A stretch of DNA of 64,000 nt from the human T2T-CHM13v2.0 reference genome, Homo sapiens. This document shows positions 1 through 14,400 of the stretch, in pieces; position 1 is the first letter of the stretch; each line of letters starts with the position of its first letter. Both the position numbers and the translations under genes were made by a program. The DNA lies in assembly GCF_009914755.1 (NCBI RefSeq), contig NC_060929.1. One strand, given 5' to 3'. The notes under the pieces are model-generated. The model saw nothing but the letters and a program-made list of their open reading frames with translations, was not told the origin of the DNA and did no database searches.

Positions 1-1080
1 TTTCTGTAATTCCCAAGACAGACTGGGGAGTGTTAGTACCTTCTGTTCCATCAGAAGATGAAGTTCTAGGTGAACCCTCTCAAGACATACTTGTCATTGA
101 TCAGACTCGCCTTGAAGCGACTATTTCTCCAGAAACTATGAGAACAACAAAAATCACAGAGGGAACAACTCAGGAAGAATTCCCTTGGAAAGAACAGACT
201 GCAGAGAAACCAGTTCCTGCTCTCAGTTCTACAGCTTGGACTCCCAAGGAGGCAGTAACACCACTGGATGAACAAGAGGGCGATGGATCAGCATATACAG
301 TCTCTGAAGATGAATTGTTGACAGGTTCTGAGAGGGTCCCAGTTTTAGAAACAACTCCAGTTGGAAAAATTGATCACAGTGTGTCTTATCCACCAGGTGC
401 TGTAACTGAGCACAAAGTGAAAACAGATGAAGTGGTAACACTAACACCACGCATTGGGCCAAAAGTATCTTTAAGTCCAGGGCCTGAACAAAAATATGAA
501 ACAGAAGGTAGTAGTACAACAGGATTTACATCATCTTTGAGTCCTTTTAGTACCCACATTACCCAGCTTATGGAAGAAACCACTACTGAGAAAACATCCC
601 TAGAGGATATTGATTTAGGCTCAGGATTATTTGAAAAGCCCAAAGCCACAGAACTCATAGAATTTTCAACAATCAAAGTCACAGTTCCAAGTGATATTAC
701 CACTGCCTTCAGTTCAGTAGACAGACTTCACACAACTTCAGCATTCAAGCCATCTTCCGCGATCACTAAGAAACCACCTCTCATCGACAGGGAACCTGGT
801 GAAGAAACAACCAGTGACATGGTAATCATTGGAGAATCAACATCTCATGTTCCTCCCACTACCCTTGAAGATATTGTAGCCAAGGAAACAGAAACCGATA
901 TTGATAGAGAGTATTTCACGACTTCAAGTCCTCCTGCTACACAGCCAACAAGACCACCCACTGTGGAAGACAAAGAGGCCTTTGGACCTCAGGCGCTTTC
1001 TACGCCACAGCCCCCAGCAAGCACAAAATTTCACCCTGACATTAATGTTTATATTATTGAGGTCAGAGAAAATAAGACAG
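1..1080 (+). CDS. VCAN: Versican exon 7 (GAG-alpha domain), 3' part; exon begins upstream of the window
   Basis: Open frame from position 3 (SVIPKTDWGVLVPS...IIEVRENKT), S/T/E/P-rich with Ser-Gly sites; ends ACAG|GTAAGT at 1080/1081, phase 1. Confidence 0.97.
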
Positions 1081-3270
1081 GTAAGTCTTTGCTTTCTAGA
1101 CTAGCATTGAAGGCAATCCTCATTTTATCTTGAAAGTTACTTTTGGGGAAAAAAAGTCAACATACCAAATGCTGCTATTAGAAGATAACTGGAGTGTGAA
1201 AAATAAATGTTTTAGCTTCATATATTTGTACAAGAATTGGAAGAATATGTTAAACAATGTGGAAGAATGTTAGATACAATTTTATGTTAAAAGTCATAAG
1301 AAGCCCTGCTTTGTCATCTAATATAACCAAATCATCACTGTTACATCACTTCAAAACATGCAGAACAAAGTGTTTTAATTTCAGTGTCTTTTCATACATT
1401 ACTACTCAAGTGTAGCACTAGACTGTGTTAACATTCCATTGGTCTTTAACTATTAACCTTCAGTACTTACAATGTGGACGGCTAAAATCGTTTTGCATAT
1501 CCCTAAGGTTGACAGAAAGATATTTAAAGGTTTGCTTTGGTTTTTCTCTTCCAGGATTTTACAGGTTTATTATATGACTTGTGTGGTGGGTAATAGGTCT
1601 CTAATGTAAGTGTTATTTTAATGTAAATGCAACATATTCTTATGCTATTGTTTTGGGGTATTTTACTGTGGTTTTATCTATTTAGAGCAAGTACAACCTA
1701 GCTTAGTTGTAGGGAGTATTACAGTTTATTGTATTAAATATAATTTCAGAAGGTGGCTATATATTCATTATCCTTGCTTCCTAAAAACCAGGCTGTAGTG
1801 TTGTTCATTTTATGATTTAATTGTTTTACCGCTAGGAATATTTGTGATGCCTTCTATTCCACTCAAATATTTTAGCTCTCTGACAGAACTCTTAAAAGCT
1901 GTTTGTTTACATTGATTAATACTTGGAGTTGTCATGATCAAATACGATTTATTGCTGTCTAAAGGTGAGCCCACACCATCTTTTACATTTGATAAGCTGA
2001 GTTGAGAATATATAGCAAATGCAGTTCAATAAATCAATTCAGGTTTGTCTCTTTCTAGTTTAGAAATTACGATCATGGATTTTAGTTAATTTGCTATATT
2101 TTCATTTTCATATAAGAATTAAATGAATGAGTATTCGTTGTTTTCTTGACCTGGCTCTGAGAAGACAGGATAGAAGATTTTTTTTTTTTTTTTTAAGCAG
2201 GGTTCTCTCTTACTGTTGGAATATTCCCTTTCGAGTATCATTTTTCTGAAGACTGATGCTATCCTCATTAGAGTGCTCAGGAGTGCACCTATTGGAAACA
2301 AACAAGTAGCGTTATTGTCAAGTATGTTTGCATGTAGTGCTGTTGGTGGACACTTCATGGCTTCTATAGGTTTCTACTCTCCAGAATTTTCTGTGTGAAA
2401 GCTTTTGCTTGTCAGTGAATAGTAGAGAAGAGAACACACCCACAGAGTATTAAAATTAACCTCCACTTCCCAATGCAGTTTAAAAAGGACAGGATTTGAT
2501 CATGATTTTCTTGCTAATGATATTGTTTCTTGGAAATCATAACATATTTCCTCTTTTCTACATCCTTTTCCATCTCTCGGAACTGGTGTAGGAAAAAGAA
2601 AATGAATTGCCAGTAAGTCGGAATGAGGATTGCGTTAGGCTGGAAAAGAGACAGGAATATAACGGTGAAAGAAAAACAAAAAAGAGGTAAAAGGAAGCAA
2701 AAAGTAAATGACTACCAACACTTAGTTTCATAATTTAAAAAAATGCTTGAATGGATATGCAGATTGTTTTTCAATTGATACTACTCTGTTAGTGTAGCTA
2801 ATAAGTTGAGTTGAATAATATAAAACCCAGTAAAAATGTTCTGCATTTAAAAACTCTTCCAAGTGGGAAACTGCCAGTTAGGAAGTCAAATTACAAAATG
2901 GAAAAAGTGAAACTTGATCTCTCTGAAAGAATTGGCAGTCATCAAAAAAAAAGAACTAAGTTATAAATGGTTGCTGGAAGTGGAGGGTCTGAGTAAGCTA
3001 AACCTGAAACAATTTATACAAAGGTGTACATTTATAAGTGAGTTGTGGACTTGATTCAGCTAGACCTGGGAGACGTATATAGGTGTTTCTTCTCCTTCTG
3101 CTTCTAAAATGTGAGACTATAATCCACCTTGAAATTAATTTTGTTTTGCATAATAATATTAGGTCAGAAAACCGTGCAATACTTGGTTACTTCCATCAGG
3201 CAGAATTCTAATGTGAGAGTGTGTATATGTGTGTACAACAAGGGGATGTATCTGTGGAATAATTATGTAT

Positions 3271-3356
3271 CTACCTACCTACCTACCTTCCTACCTACCT
3301 ACCTGCGTACCTACCTACCTACCTACCTACCTACCTACCTACCTACCTACCTACCT
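3271..3356. repeat. (CTAC)n tetranucleotide microsatellite, interrupted
   Basis: About 21 units with CTTC and CTGCGTAC interruptions. Confidence 0.95.
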
Positions 3357-4612
3357 GTCATCATCTGTATTTTTGTGTGTTCTGTATATGCTGTTCTCCT
3401 TAACTAAAAGCATTGTTTATTGTCTTCATAAGACAATGAAGTTTACTCACCTCTAACTGCTCACCTATACTAATATTATTTATTTTCTATGAGAAATTTT
3501 ATCCTCCAACATTTTGAGCTTTGGCAAGGGAAAATCCTAAAGCAGATGTTCAATTAATGAATTTCAAGGCAGGTGTATACCTTAATAAGGAAAAGTGCAT
3601 ATGTGCCTGGAGAACCAACCTTTTTATGTATCAAGGCACAATTTTCCAGACTGGAAAGTCCTTGGTGCATGTGTGAACTTGTATAAATCTATTCACAGGA
3701 ATAGAATACACCTTTATATATACTGTATATCCAAGTAAGCAAAAATACCACCCATGCTATTCTAAACCAAGGCATTCAATAATTTTTTGCTGCACTCAGC
3801 GAGTCATATAAATCTTGTTTTTTTTTTTTTTTTTACTACTATGAAACAAAACATGCTACTCAGGACACACTTATGTTATACTTGCTCAAATGGATCTTAA
3901 TAGCAACTTACGGTGCTCTAGCTAGAGGGCAACTGTAGTTAGCAGTTAAAAAAATCTGAAAGAACTTTTCAGCTCATAAAAGTTTTATGAGCTGAAAAAT
4001 GCTATGGGGTGTGTTTAACAGTGGTTCAGGGGATACTGAAAACTTTACTCCTGTCTATTTCAGGAGTAATTTGCACACCTGCATTTTGAAAAATTATTGA
4101 AAGGCTTTCTTTGTGAACATGCATGAAGGCCAGAATTTGAAGCTGTAGGAAGAGTTTCTTCAACTCCAGATTTTTTTTAAAAGAGCACTCCTCTAAATCA
4201 CCTGAAATGTTACAAGGTAGTGGAACAGAACTGTGAATGTTTTTAAAAACTGACAAACAGGTATTTTTAAATCAAAGAATAATTTAGAAATGTATGGATA
4301 TTAAATACCAACATTATTATGCAAATGCTCTTAGTTATAACCTTAAAATAGGCAGCTTATTACCTTTTTTAACAAACAAATTCATATATACTACTTATTA
4401 TGTGTCAGGCCTGCTTGATGCTGTCTTGTTAGGTGTTCTTTTTCCTACTGGTTTTGTAATTTGTATCTACCCAAATGTATGTGTGCAGGTGAAAAGCAAT
4501 ATTAAATTAAATGATAGAAAGATTAAGATGTTGGTAAAATTATTAATGTAATGCTATTAAAGATTAATTACATTTTGAGAAATATACAAAAAGCTAAAGG
4601 CTTATTGTCTAA

Positions 4613-5008
<396 letters not shown>

Positions 5009-7758
5009 AAGTCATCACTTTTTAAAAGGTAATGTTTATTTAAGATAATCTCATATAATTTTTTAAAATCACACATTTTCTGTTCTTACAGAATTTTAAA
5101 GAACATTTTAATTATAGAAAAATTACTTTCTGATTTGTTATTATAAGATCCAGGTCCTTTCTTCAAACAAAATGTTATTGAGAGCCCCTGTATCTTGAAC
5201 AGACAAAAGAGTAGCTGTGTTGGTTAATGTTTGAGGGGGACATCGAGAACCTCACTCCCTTGGGACCTCCTCATCTCCTGTGGTGGTTTTTAAAATAACA
5301 TGTACCTCACAACACAGCTAGAAAAAGAATGATATCTAGACCATTCAAAATAAAGCAAAAACAGTTACTCATTCCTGAGAGAATTAAGTTCTTAAAAGTA
5401 AAAATGTTTCAAAAATTGGTCTGATTATCTATATCTTTATCTCATTACAATGATACACATTTAACATTTACCTTTGAATAGCACTATGCATGGTGCTGAA
5501 TAAAACACATTAAACAAATATTGTTTCAATCTTATTGATGCCTATGTGTCATCAAGATAATATATAATGGTATGTCAGAGTCTCACATGTATGTGCAAAA
5601 CTAAGTCATCATCAAACTCACACTTCGGGCTTCATACTTTCAGACCACTTTTTCTATATATTATCATGTTTAAACTTCAAAGATAATTTGTGAGACAACT
5701 AGGGAAAGCAGATAGTCAAACGAAGGTACACTGAGTCTGACATTCTTGGCATTGGGTCTAGCAGCCCTGGCCCTCTTTGGAGCATTTTTGCCATGAAGTG
5801 ATTCTCTCTCCTGATGAGCTCTGAGAAAACAACAACCCCCTGCCCAATGGCTTAGGTACTGCCCTGTCTGTCAATTCCTGAAAGAGCAAACTCTGGGAAG
5901 ACTGGTTTCTCATTGGCATTCTAGTGGTTTGTTAAGAGTATATAATTTAGATTTGGTTGCTGCTAATATGGGGCAGTATGCATGCTCTTCAGATACCTGA
6001 CATAGCAAGGAAAGAGTGTGCTGAAATTGGTAGTACGTTATTCTGCAGTTCTGGGCAGCTTCTTTCCTGTAGAGTTTTGGAGCACATCTCTGAAAGTGGA
6101 TGGGTCTGGTGCCTGCACACCTCCGTGGTTCCTTTTCCTGAGCTCCAGCTGTGGCTGTCTGTCAGAGAAGCACATTTTTCTGCAGATAATTAGAATGGCT
6201 TCCCCCATCTCTCACGGACTGTCCCAAGTCTAGAAAAGAATTGAGTTCCTCTTCTATTAGTCAAATAAAAGGGAAGAGAATGTTTGTCTTCCTTTCCTTT
6301 CTGTAGTGTTAAGAAAATAAACGAACTTAATGATTCTAAATTATCAGTGAGCTTAACACTGTACTATAGACCAAAGATTACCTTTTCAAAAAGTCCTTTG
6401 AGGTGAAATATTTTGTATACGTAATACATAGATGCACATATAAACACACACATATAGAATCTCAATATTTTAACACTTCTTTGGGTAGTTGTACTAACTC
6501 ACTAACCCTGAGGAAAAAGTTAAGAAATTGAAAGTGTTTTCTTCAAAAGTTGAGATTTAACAATAAAAGGTGTTACTTTGATAACTAAAAGGAACTTTAT
6601 TATCCTCTTCCTAAAATAAACCAATGCCTATTCTGAAAATGGCACTTGCAATTACAATTTGCCATTATCAAAGCTACCACTGAGGTAGAGGCATTATCTA
6701 AAACAAATACCACTTATCATTTATTGGCAGTTACCTCGAGAGGGACCCATACACCATCTTCTAGCAGAGCACAGTCAATCAAATTACCTTCGGGTAAAGC
6801 TATAGCATGTCTAGTCGTTTGACAGATATTAAAGGTGGTCATAAAAGAAACATAAACCATAGGCTGTGCTCCAAAGGCATATTGGCCAGCTAACATTAAC
6901 ACAATCAAATACAGTTGTCATACTAAACATATAGTTACACAGTAGGTGTATGGTGTGACAGATTGTGAATGGTAGGTGAGGTCAGAAAAAGAAGGAATCA
7001 AGAAAGGCAGGAAGTTACAGAATATTTCATGAGAAAGAGGAGACTTACGTCAGTCTCTGTTGGAGGGATAGATTACAATCCAATTATGAGAGGCCAGTTA
7101 TTAGCCAATTGCTTCCCAACTTAGGCTCACCAGTGGGGTTAAGGAGCCCCAAGTATAAACAGCTGTTTTTCTAAATAGAGTTTCTAAACAGCTTCTGAAG
7201 GAGGCCATGTCATCCCAGTGCTGTTTGACATGGCCTGCTTCAGAAGCTGAATACCTTCTTAGGCCTCACGCAGAAACTAGTACAGTTCATGAAAACCCGA
7301 GATACTCTGCCAGCTTCTTGAGGAAGCAGTGTTGTCACACTTTTCTGAGCTTCAGTGATTCACACATTTTGATAAGACAGCATGTTCTGTGGGTTAAGTA
7401 CATTTACCTTTTCAAAATATACTCCCATGAAGTATCATGGTTCAGAATTACACACTTACAAAGTTAAATGGCATAAAACTACTTTGTAAAAAGTGCCTAC
7501 ACTCTAAAAGGTGATTTAAAGGTTTATGACATCTTAATTCAAGTGAATACTGAATCAGTAGGATTATAGAGCAGGTGCTCTAAGTTAGGGAATCTGGAGT
7601 CAGTCTCTCCTTTGCTTATGTGCAATGTGGACCCAGGGATTTCTCAATTTCTCTGTCAGAATTTTTAACATGGTAAAATGGCTATTATTATATGGAATGA
7701 TATTTCCTAAGCTCTGACACATACTCTTTCTCCAAATCACAGGGTTTATGAAACAAAG

Positions 7759-7760
<2 letters not shown>

Positions 7761-7800
<40 letters not shown>
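7761..7800. repeat. (AC)20 microsatellite
   Basis: Perfect dinucleotide run. Confidence 0.95.
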
Positions 7801-7806
<6 letters not shown>

Positions 7807-8044
7807 GTATACACACATATATACAGGTAATATACAGATATATTTTTTCTAATTTATTCAACAGTCAAATAATTACAATATACTAACTACATTAGAACTG
7901 GATTTTTTTGAAGTACATTCTGGTTAATATTCTGAACCAACATGGAGATGTAGTTAGTTTGCTTTGTAGGATACATGGAAGAGGCAGTTATTGTGATAGA
8001 AAGAGCCTTTGGAAAGAGACCTGGGTTCACTGTCAACATTGTTA

Positions 8045-8393
8045 CAGGAGGCACTCTGTATCCACAATTCTGCATCCTCTGATTTGACCAAACATGGATA
8101 AAGAATATTTGAAAAAAAAAAAAAAGCACCACAATAAAAAAGAACAATACAGCAATAAAAAATAACACAAATAAAAACCCAACACACTATAATAACTATA
8201 TAGCATTTACATTGTATTAGTTATTATAAGTAATTTAAATGATTACTTATAATACCTGATTTAAAGTATATGTATATGAATGTATGCGTAGGATTCCTGC
8301 AAATACTATGCCATTCTATAAAAAAGGACTTGAGTACCATGGATTTTTGTATCCTCCTAGAACCAATCCCCCATGGCTACTGAGGGATAACTA
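8045..8393 (-). mobile_element. MER2-type non-autonomous Tigger (TcMar) DNA transposon
   Basis: Reverse complement resembles MER2 (GGGGATTGGTTC...CTCAAGTCC...ATGGCATAGTATTTGCA); TA dinucleotide on both flanks. Confidence 0.8.
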
Positions 8394-11348
8394 TATTTAC
8401 AGTCTGTTTGGTCTTGTATAAATTACTTAACCTCCACAGGCCTCAGTTGTTATATAATTAAAAATTTATAATAATACTACAACCTCACCACATTGGTTAA
8501 AGAAGGGGATCTTTGAGTGATTGCCACATGCAAGTCACTGTGACAGGCATTTCACATATTTAATACTCCTTCAGTGACTAGAAAGCACCAAGCACAATGC
8601 CTGATACATAGTAATGACTTAGTACAAATTAATCTCCTGTGGGCTTTAAAAATTATTTCATTTCCAACTTCTAAGTACAGGAAAATATAGACTGTTTTGT
8701 TCTAAATAGGTAAAAGCCAAATGATCTTAAAATTCAAGATCATTTATGCCACAAGAAGCCAAGTATAATTGTACTTTAGTGTCTGCTTAACTGAAATAAC
8801 TTCTTAAAAATCCGAACCCGACATAGGTTGTGTTTTTTTGGGTGGTGCCATTTTGGGTGCAAATCAGAAGCAGCTGCAGCCCTTACTTAAAATTTAAATA
8901 TAGTATTGGCTCTATAGGACCTAAGAGTAGAATTTATTAGCTTTTTGCTTTTCCTCAGTTGTGAAAGTTGGGCTTATGATTTTGATAACTACCAATTTAA
9001 TTTTTTTCTCATAAAAATCATTTTACAAATTCTTGATACATTTCCCCAGGTATTGAGCCTAGCTTCTTGCATATTTATAGAATGAATGGACATTCCCTGC
9101 TGTCTTTTTGTTGTTGTCAAGGAAACCCCCAGTTCTCTACACAGGGATTACATTCTTCTTTCTTAATAGCTCTTAGATCGTTCATTTGTGCAATGAATAA
9201 AAAATGTACTCACAGGTCCAGACAGTGTTCAGAACTTTTTTGGTGGGTGAGGGGCGTAGCTAAGGGGAGAGACATGCCTAGTGAGAGGAGCAATAGGAAT
9301 AAAAGAAAAGGAGAAAGAAATGCTGGCTGAGGTTCCATTTTAATGAGGTAAAGCTGAAAAATTTATGCTTTAAAAAAGACATTGCCTATTTTTGTCACTT
9401 TAGAAAATGTATAACATTACTTTTCATTGAGGTCAGTGTTTCATGTACAAAAATGTTAGTTTTTAAGTGGCTTTGTTAAGCGAATAGCTCCAAGAATGGG
9501 GCCCAGGTTGATGAGGGTGGGATGGATGAGGGAGTGGTGATGCGTTTTAGTAGAAACTATTTTTTCATTTCTATAGAAGTATTTGAATTTTTTTTACAAC
9601 CTAATTGAGGTGATACAAAATATAAGAATATTCCTTCATCCTGGGGCATCATGTGGACATCTGAGAGCTCATTTGATTACATTAAAAATCGTGTTCCTTA
9701 GAGAGAGAGTGCCAGTATTTAGACTTTTTGAGTGTGAATCAGGAGGGAAACACACATCCATTGACAAGAAGATGGATATAATTATTTTTAAAAAGAGTGA
9801 TTTGATCCTTTGGAGGAAAATAAATTCTGGTGGACCTTCTAAGTAACTGCTAGAATGATTGGGTAATGTATACAGCTTTTGCTTCTCCATAAATAATGTA
9901 AGTATTAAAAAGGAGATTTTAAACTAGAAGGAAGGAATCTCTGGAGTGAGAGGAAAAGTTTAATTGTATTTCAGTATCTATGTCTATGAAAAGTTGATAT
10001 ACGGTGTCACTGTGGTATACCCAAACTTGTTTATACACATGTATAACCAGTACACAGTAAGTACCATGAGTGGCTTTTAGTGATTTTATCTTTTTACCTT
10101 GTAGTACAGTCTCCCTGGTGTCTCACAAGGCTAGTTTACTTACTTTGGCCATATGCTTCACATAGTAGGTTTCTGGAGGTTTTGTTTTTTCTAAGATGAG
10201 AGAGTGAAAAGGTAATGTATATTTCTGGAGAGTATATTGGAATATAGTATAATCATCATTTTCACTATGCTGCACTTCGGGACGGCTGTCTATTGTATTT
10301 TTTAAATAGGAAAACAAAATCTTTTTGTTACACATTAAAATAAAATCCATTTTAAAAAAGAAATGTGATCCTAATATATCTCTGCTGAGTAGATTGGTGT
10401 ACATTTACGTTTAATTAAAAGCTCTTAAACTTAAATTGTAAAATTCCCCAAAGAGAACGTGAACTTTAACCAGCTGCCTATGCATCTTAGCAACTATGTT
10501 TTGTGTCTGGTAACAGTATGACTGGAAGACTTGTGCTCTGTCTACAAAACTTTGTTATGAAGTACTTAAAAATACTTGTGAATAATTTGAGGTCAGCTAG
10601 CAATAAAGCTTTGTGTGAAATGTCATTAAAAAAAGCCTATTAACCATGGTACTGTTATATTCAAGTCAAGCTGTTAAAATACATTCATATAAACATAGAA
10701 AAGATTATGCATACACTCTGTAGAGTTCTGTGGTTTGATTCTTGAAATCCAAACAAAAGTTATATTGCCTTTTGAGTAAAATTCTAGAATAGAGCAGTCT
10801 TTTATAAGACTAAGAGCTTCATCTAAGAGCTTGAAATGTCAATTACACCATTGGGTTGCTCTGTTCCTATGAAATAGAGCACATCTCCATTTCGGAATGA
10901 GATACCTCCTCTCACAGTAGCACAGGTGTACCCCCCAACCCCCTTACTATACACCACAAAGAAACTTTTCTGGTTTGCAATAATCTCTGTTGAGATTCTC
11001 TAATAACGTGTGTGGTGGGTGGAGGTGGTGACAGGAAATGGGGATGAAGAGGTAATTTCAGAGGAAGAATAAACTAAGAGGGGGCAAGTAGGATTTGGTG
11101 AGATGCAAGGAGTTAGTGACAAATATTTGGGTGATAGGGCAGGGAAAAATTTATCTGCATATATTAATAGTAGATAGGTTTTATACCCCACCTCTCCCTG
11201 CTATGAGATGTTAAAAGTATGGGAAGAAATTATACTGACAGAATAAAATTTAGATTGTATGTATAGGAAATGTCAGCAGAAAATTTTAACTTGAAAGCCC
11301 TGGGTAATTAACATTTCTCTCTCCTTCAAACTGATATTAAGAAATCCA

Positions 11349-11495
11349 GCCAGGTGCAGCGGTACACACTGTAATCCCAGCACTTTGGGAGGCTGAGGCA
11401 GGAGGATTGCTCAAACTCAAGAGTTTGAGGCTGCCTGTAATGGTACCCCTGCACTCTAGCCTGGGTAACAGATCAACAACCTGTCTAAAAAAAAA
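11349..11495 (+). mobile_element. Old Alu monomer (FAM/FRAM-like)
   Basis: TGTAATCCCAGCACTTTGGGAGGCTGAGGCAGGAGGATTGC...GCACTCTAGCCTGGG plus A tail; single arm. Confidence 0.8.
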
Positions 11496-14400
11496 TTCAA
11501 TAAAACCATTTGCAAGTTGTCGCGAACTTATTTAAAGAATAATAATAGTTGCTTAATTGTGAGACTATTACTTTCAGAAAAAGGAAACAAAATAATTTCA
11601 ACTCCCATTTTGCATATTTTTTGAAATTAAAGAATTCCCATTTAGTAGACAATTTTTTTTCTGGGGATCTAATATACAAAATTAAGACTGTAGTTAATAA
11701 AATTGCATTGTATTAGAGATTTTGTTAAAAAAGTAAATTTCAGTTGCTCTTCTCACAAAAAGATGGTATATATGTTAATCTGCTTCCTTTTACCATCTAT
11801 ATGCATCCCATAACATCATATTGTAAACCTCAAATACACAATAGAGTTTATTTTAGAAAAAGAAAATTTCTATCATACTTATTAAATGAGCATATTATTT
11901 TATTTATATGTAGATTTTCTTCTCAATTACTTAATTTATTTTGATGTGCTGCCAGCTTCATGATGAGAAACATAAGATGAAACTGCGTAATACATTTCTG
12001 TTTTCTATCATTCTGAAGGCAAGTCAGATCAAATAGTTGCGAGGTGGGTGGAGAAAGGAATCCTAATCTAAATTTAATGATTAGTACATTTGCAATAAGT
12101 ACATTCCAAAAGTTTCCCATTAAAATAGGAGAAAAGAGTTTAGTAAGGCCAGTTCTCTAACTTACTGGCAGGAACATTTGTTTCAGAGAGAGAGAGAGGA
12201 AGGGGGCAAGGAGAGACTTGGAAAGTATAGTTAGGTCTCTCTGAAGTTGACAAGAGAGTGTTTGCCCTAGGGTCTGATACATAACAGGTACTCAGTAAAT
12301 TTTGAGAAATCAATGAGCATCTGAAGAGATATTACATTCAGGGCAGCATGCATGGTTGTGGTGGTAGTGAATTTAATTTTGTGTGCAAAAACCGATATGA
12401 AGCAATGCTGTGTTTGTGAAATGTATGCAAAGATTCTGTCTCTGAAATGCTTATACTGCTGTGATTGAAACATTATCATATTTATTTAGGTTAGAAAATG
12501 GAATTTACTACATCTGAGTTGGTTTTTGGTGAGAAATTCTGATATGATAGTCTAAAATGGCAAGGAAGTCCTTATAGATCTATGAGCAATTGGAAGTGTT
12601 AGAGTTCTTGATCTGAGAGAAATATGACCTAAAAGAATATTATACTTTGTTAATTGGAGCTAAAATCAGAAACTATAAAGTGAATGCCATGGTCTTTAGT
12701 AGAATTAAGTATTCTTAATATGAGTTGATAGTTAGCTAAATTATTATACAGTACTGATTTACAATTAGAGTTCTTCTTTATTTTCTTTCCCAGAGGAAAA
12801 CAAAAAATTTCAGTGAGCATTATGACCATCCATCAGTTTCTTACCATATTGACATGTGACATGTTGGCATACCTTTGTGTCTTCTTTCTCTGCTTTTCTC
12901 CACCCCACTTTTTTTAGAGCCACCAACATACTTGACAGAACTTCCATCTGTAATTACTCAATAAGATCATGAGATATGTTTGTATCAGTCTTATTTTTTT
13001 GAAGTAAAGAATTTACTTAGAAATTCAAGTAAATCTATAATAGCAATGAGTGTTCTTACCCTATTCTTGGCCTAGGAGTTTGTAAATATACAATATTAAT
13101 CAGATATTTCCTTATTTATCCTTGTGTTTTGCTGGAGAAACCCAGCTGAATGGCTCGTTTTAACTTCATTATTTACAAAAGGGTACAAAATATGGTAGAG
13201 GTTCTTTATATGCTTGACACTGACCCATGTTTCTTATTTAAAATCTTTTCTCTGTACTTGAATGAAAGTTTTGGTGTCACCAAACAGGGTAAGTAAGAAT
13301 TTAGTGTACCTTTGTCTAATATTTCTTAATCATGAATTCTAGTTTTATTTAAGTTAATGAAGCAAAATAAAAGAGTTGCTTGCATGTAAAATGATAGTGT
13401 GAGCAGTTTAAGATATGCACATTTTTAAACTCCAGTTAAATCCCATGAAGTTGTACTGAATAGTTTAACTGAGTCTGGCTTAATTCAACTATATTCAAAT
13501 AGTTTTAGCAATGAGAGACTCCTGGCTTGGATAAAATTATTGATGTGAATATTTCAAGAGATTCTTTTGTACAGAAGGCATTTTAAATGCTTCTGCTCAT
13601 ATAGTTTAAACATTTTCTTCACATTCTTTTTTCATAGCACAAAATTTACTTTCAATGCAAACTGAATTAAGAGGATGTTATCATCCTCTGAATATTTTAT
13701 GGTGTCCTATTTTAAAACATATACACCATGGGTACTATATATAAGATCCGAGTAACAACTTTAGTGACCTAATATTGAAGAAACCTAGTCTTTTTAGTTA
13801 CCTATATTTTTAAATGACAAGGCATTTAATCATTTTCCTGCACTGAGCAATTAGTAACAATTGCAACATCTGTGTCAGAAATAATCTGTATTCATTTTAT
13901 GTTTTTATAACACACTAGAGTTATGTATTTATCTCGCTTCTCTTTGTGGTAGAAATATTTTCTCATTTATTTGAATACCCATATGCTGTAGTTTAAGTAG
14001 TTGAAAAGCTGAATATACAGAATGGAATGGAATGGAGAGAGAAGAAATGAACTGTAGTGTGTAAAATTTCAATAGGAAGGGTGTTTAGTTAGGATAAGAA
14101 TAACCCAGTCCTACACAGAAGTATTTTAGTGAAATAATTTAGTGAAGATGTGGTGGGATACAAAAGAGAGTTTTCTTTCTTGTTTCTATTAGAATAAAAG
14201 GGATAAATGTATATGTCTTTGCATTACATAAAAGTCTTATTGTCTGGGTTTTTTAATTTAAAAAAAATTCAAGGAGCTTCTGTGGAATTTGTCTTGGTAG
14301 TTCCTACACTTCTATATTTGTCTTGATTCATAAAATAGATTAGAATATAAGCAACACTGATTCCTCTTCAATAGGGTTTTTTCTTCTCTGATGAAACAGC

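Noticed and set aside
3129-3456. ORFs with PTYL repeats
   Set aside because: Translation of the (CTAC)n microsatellite
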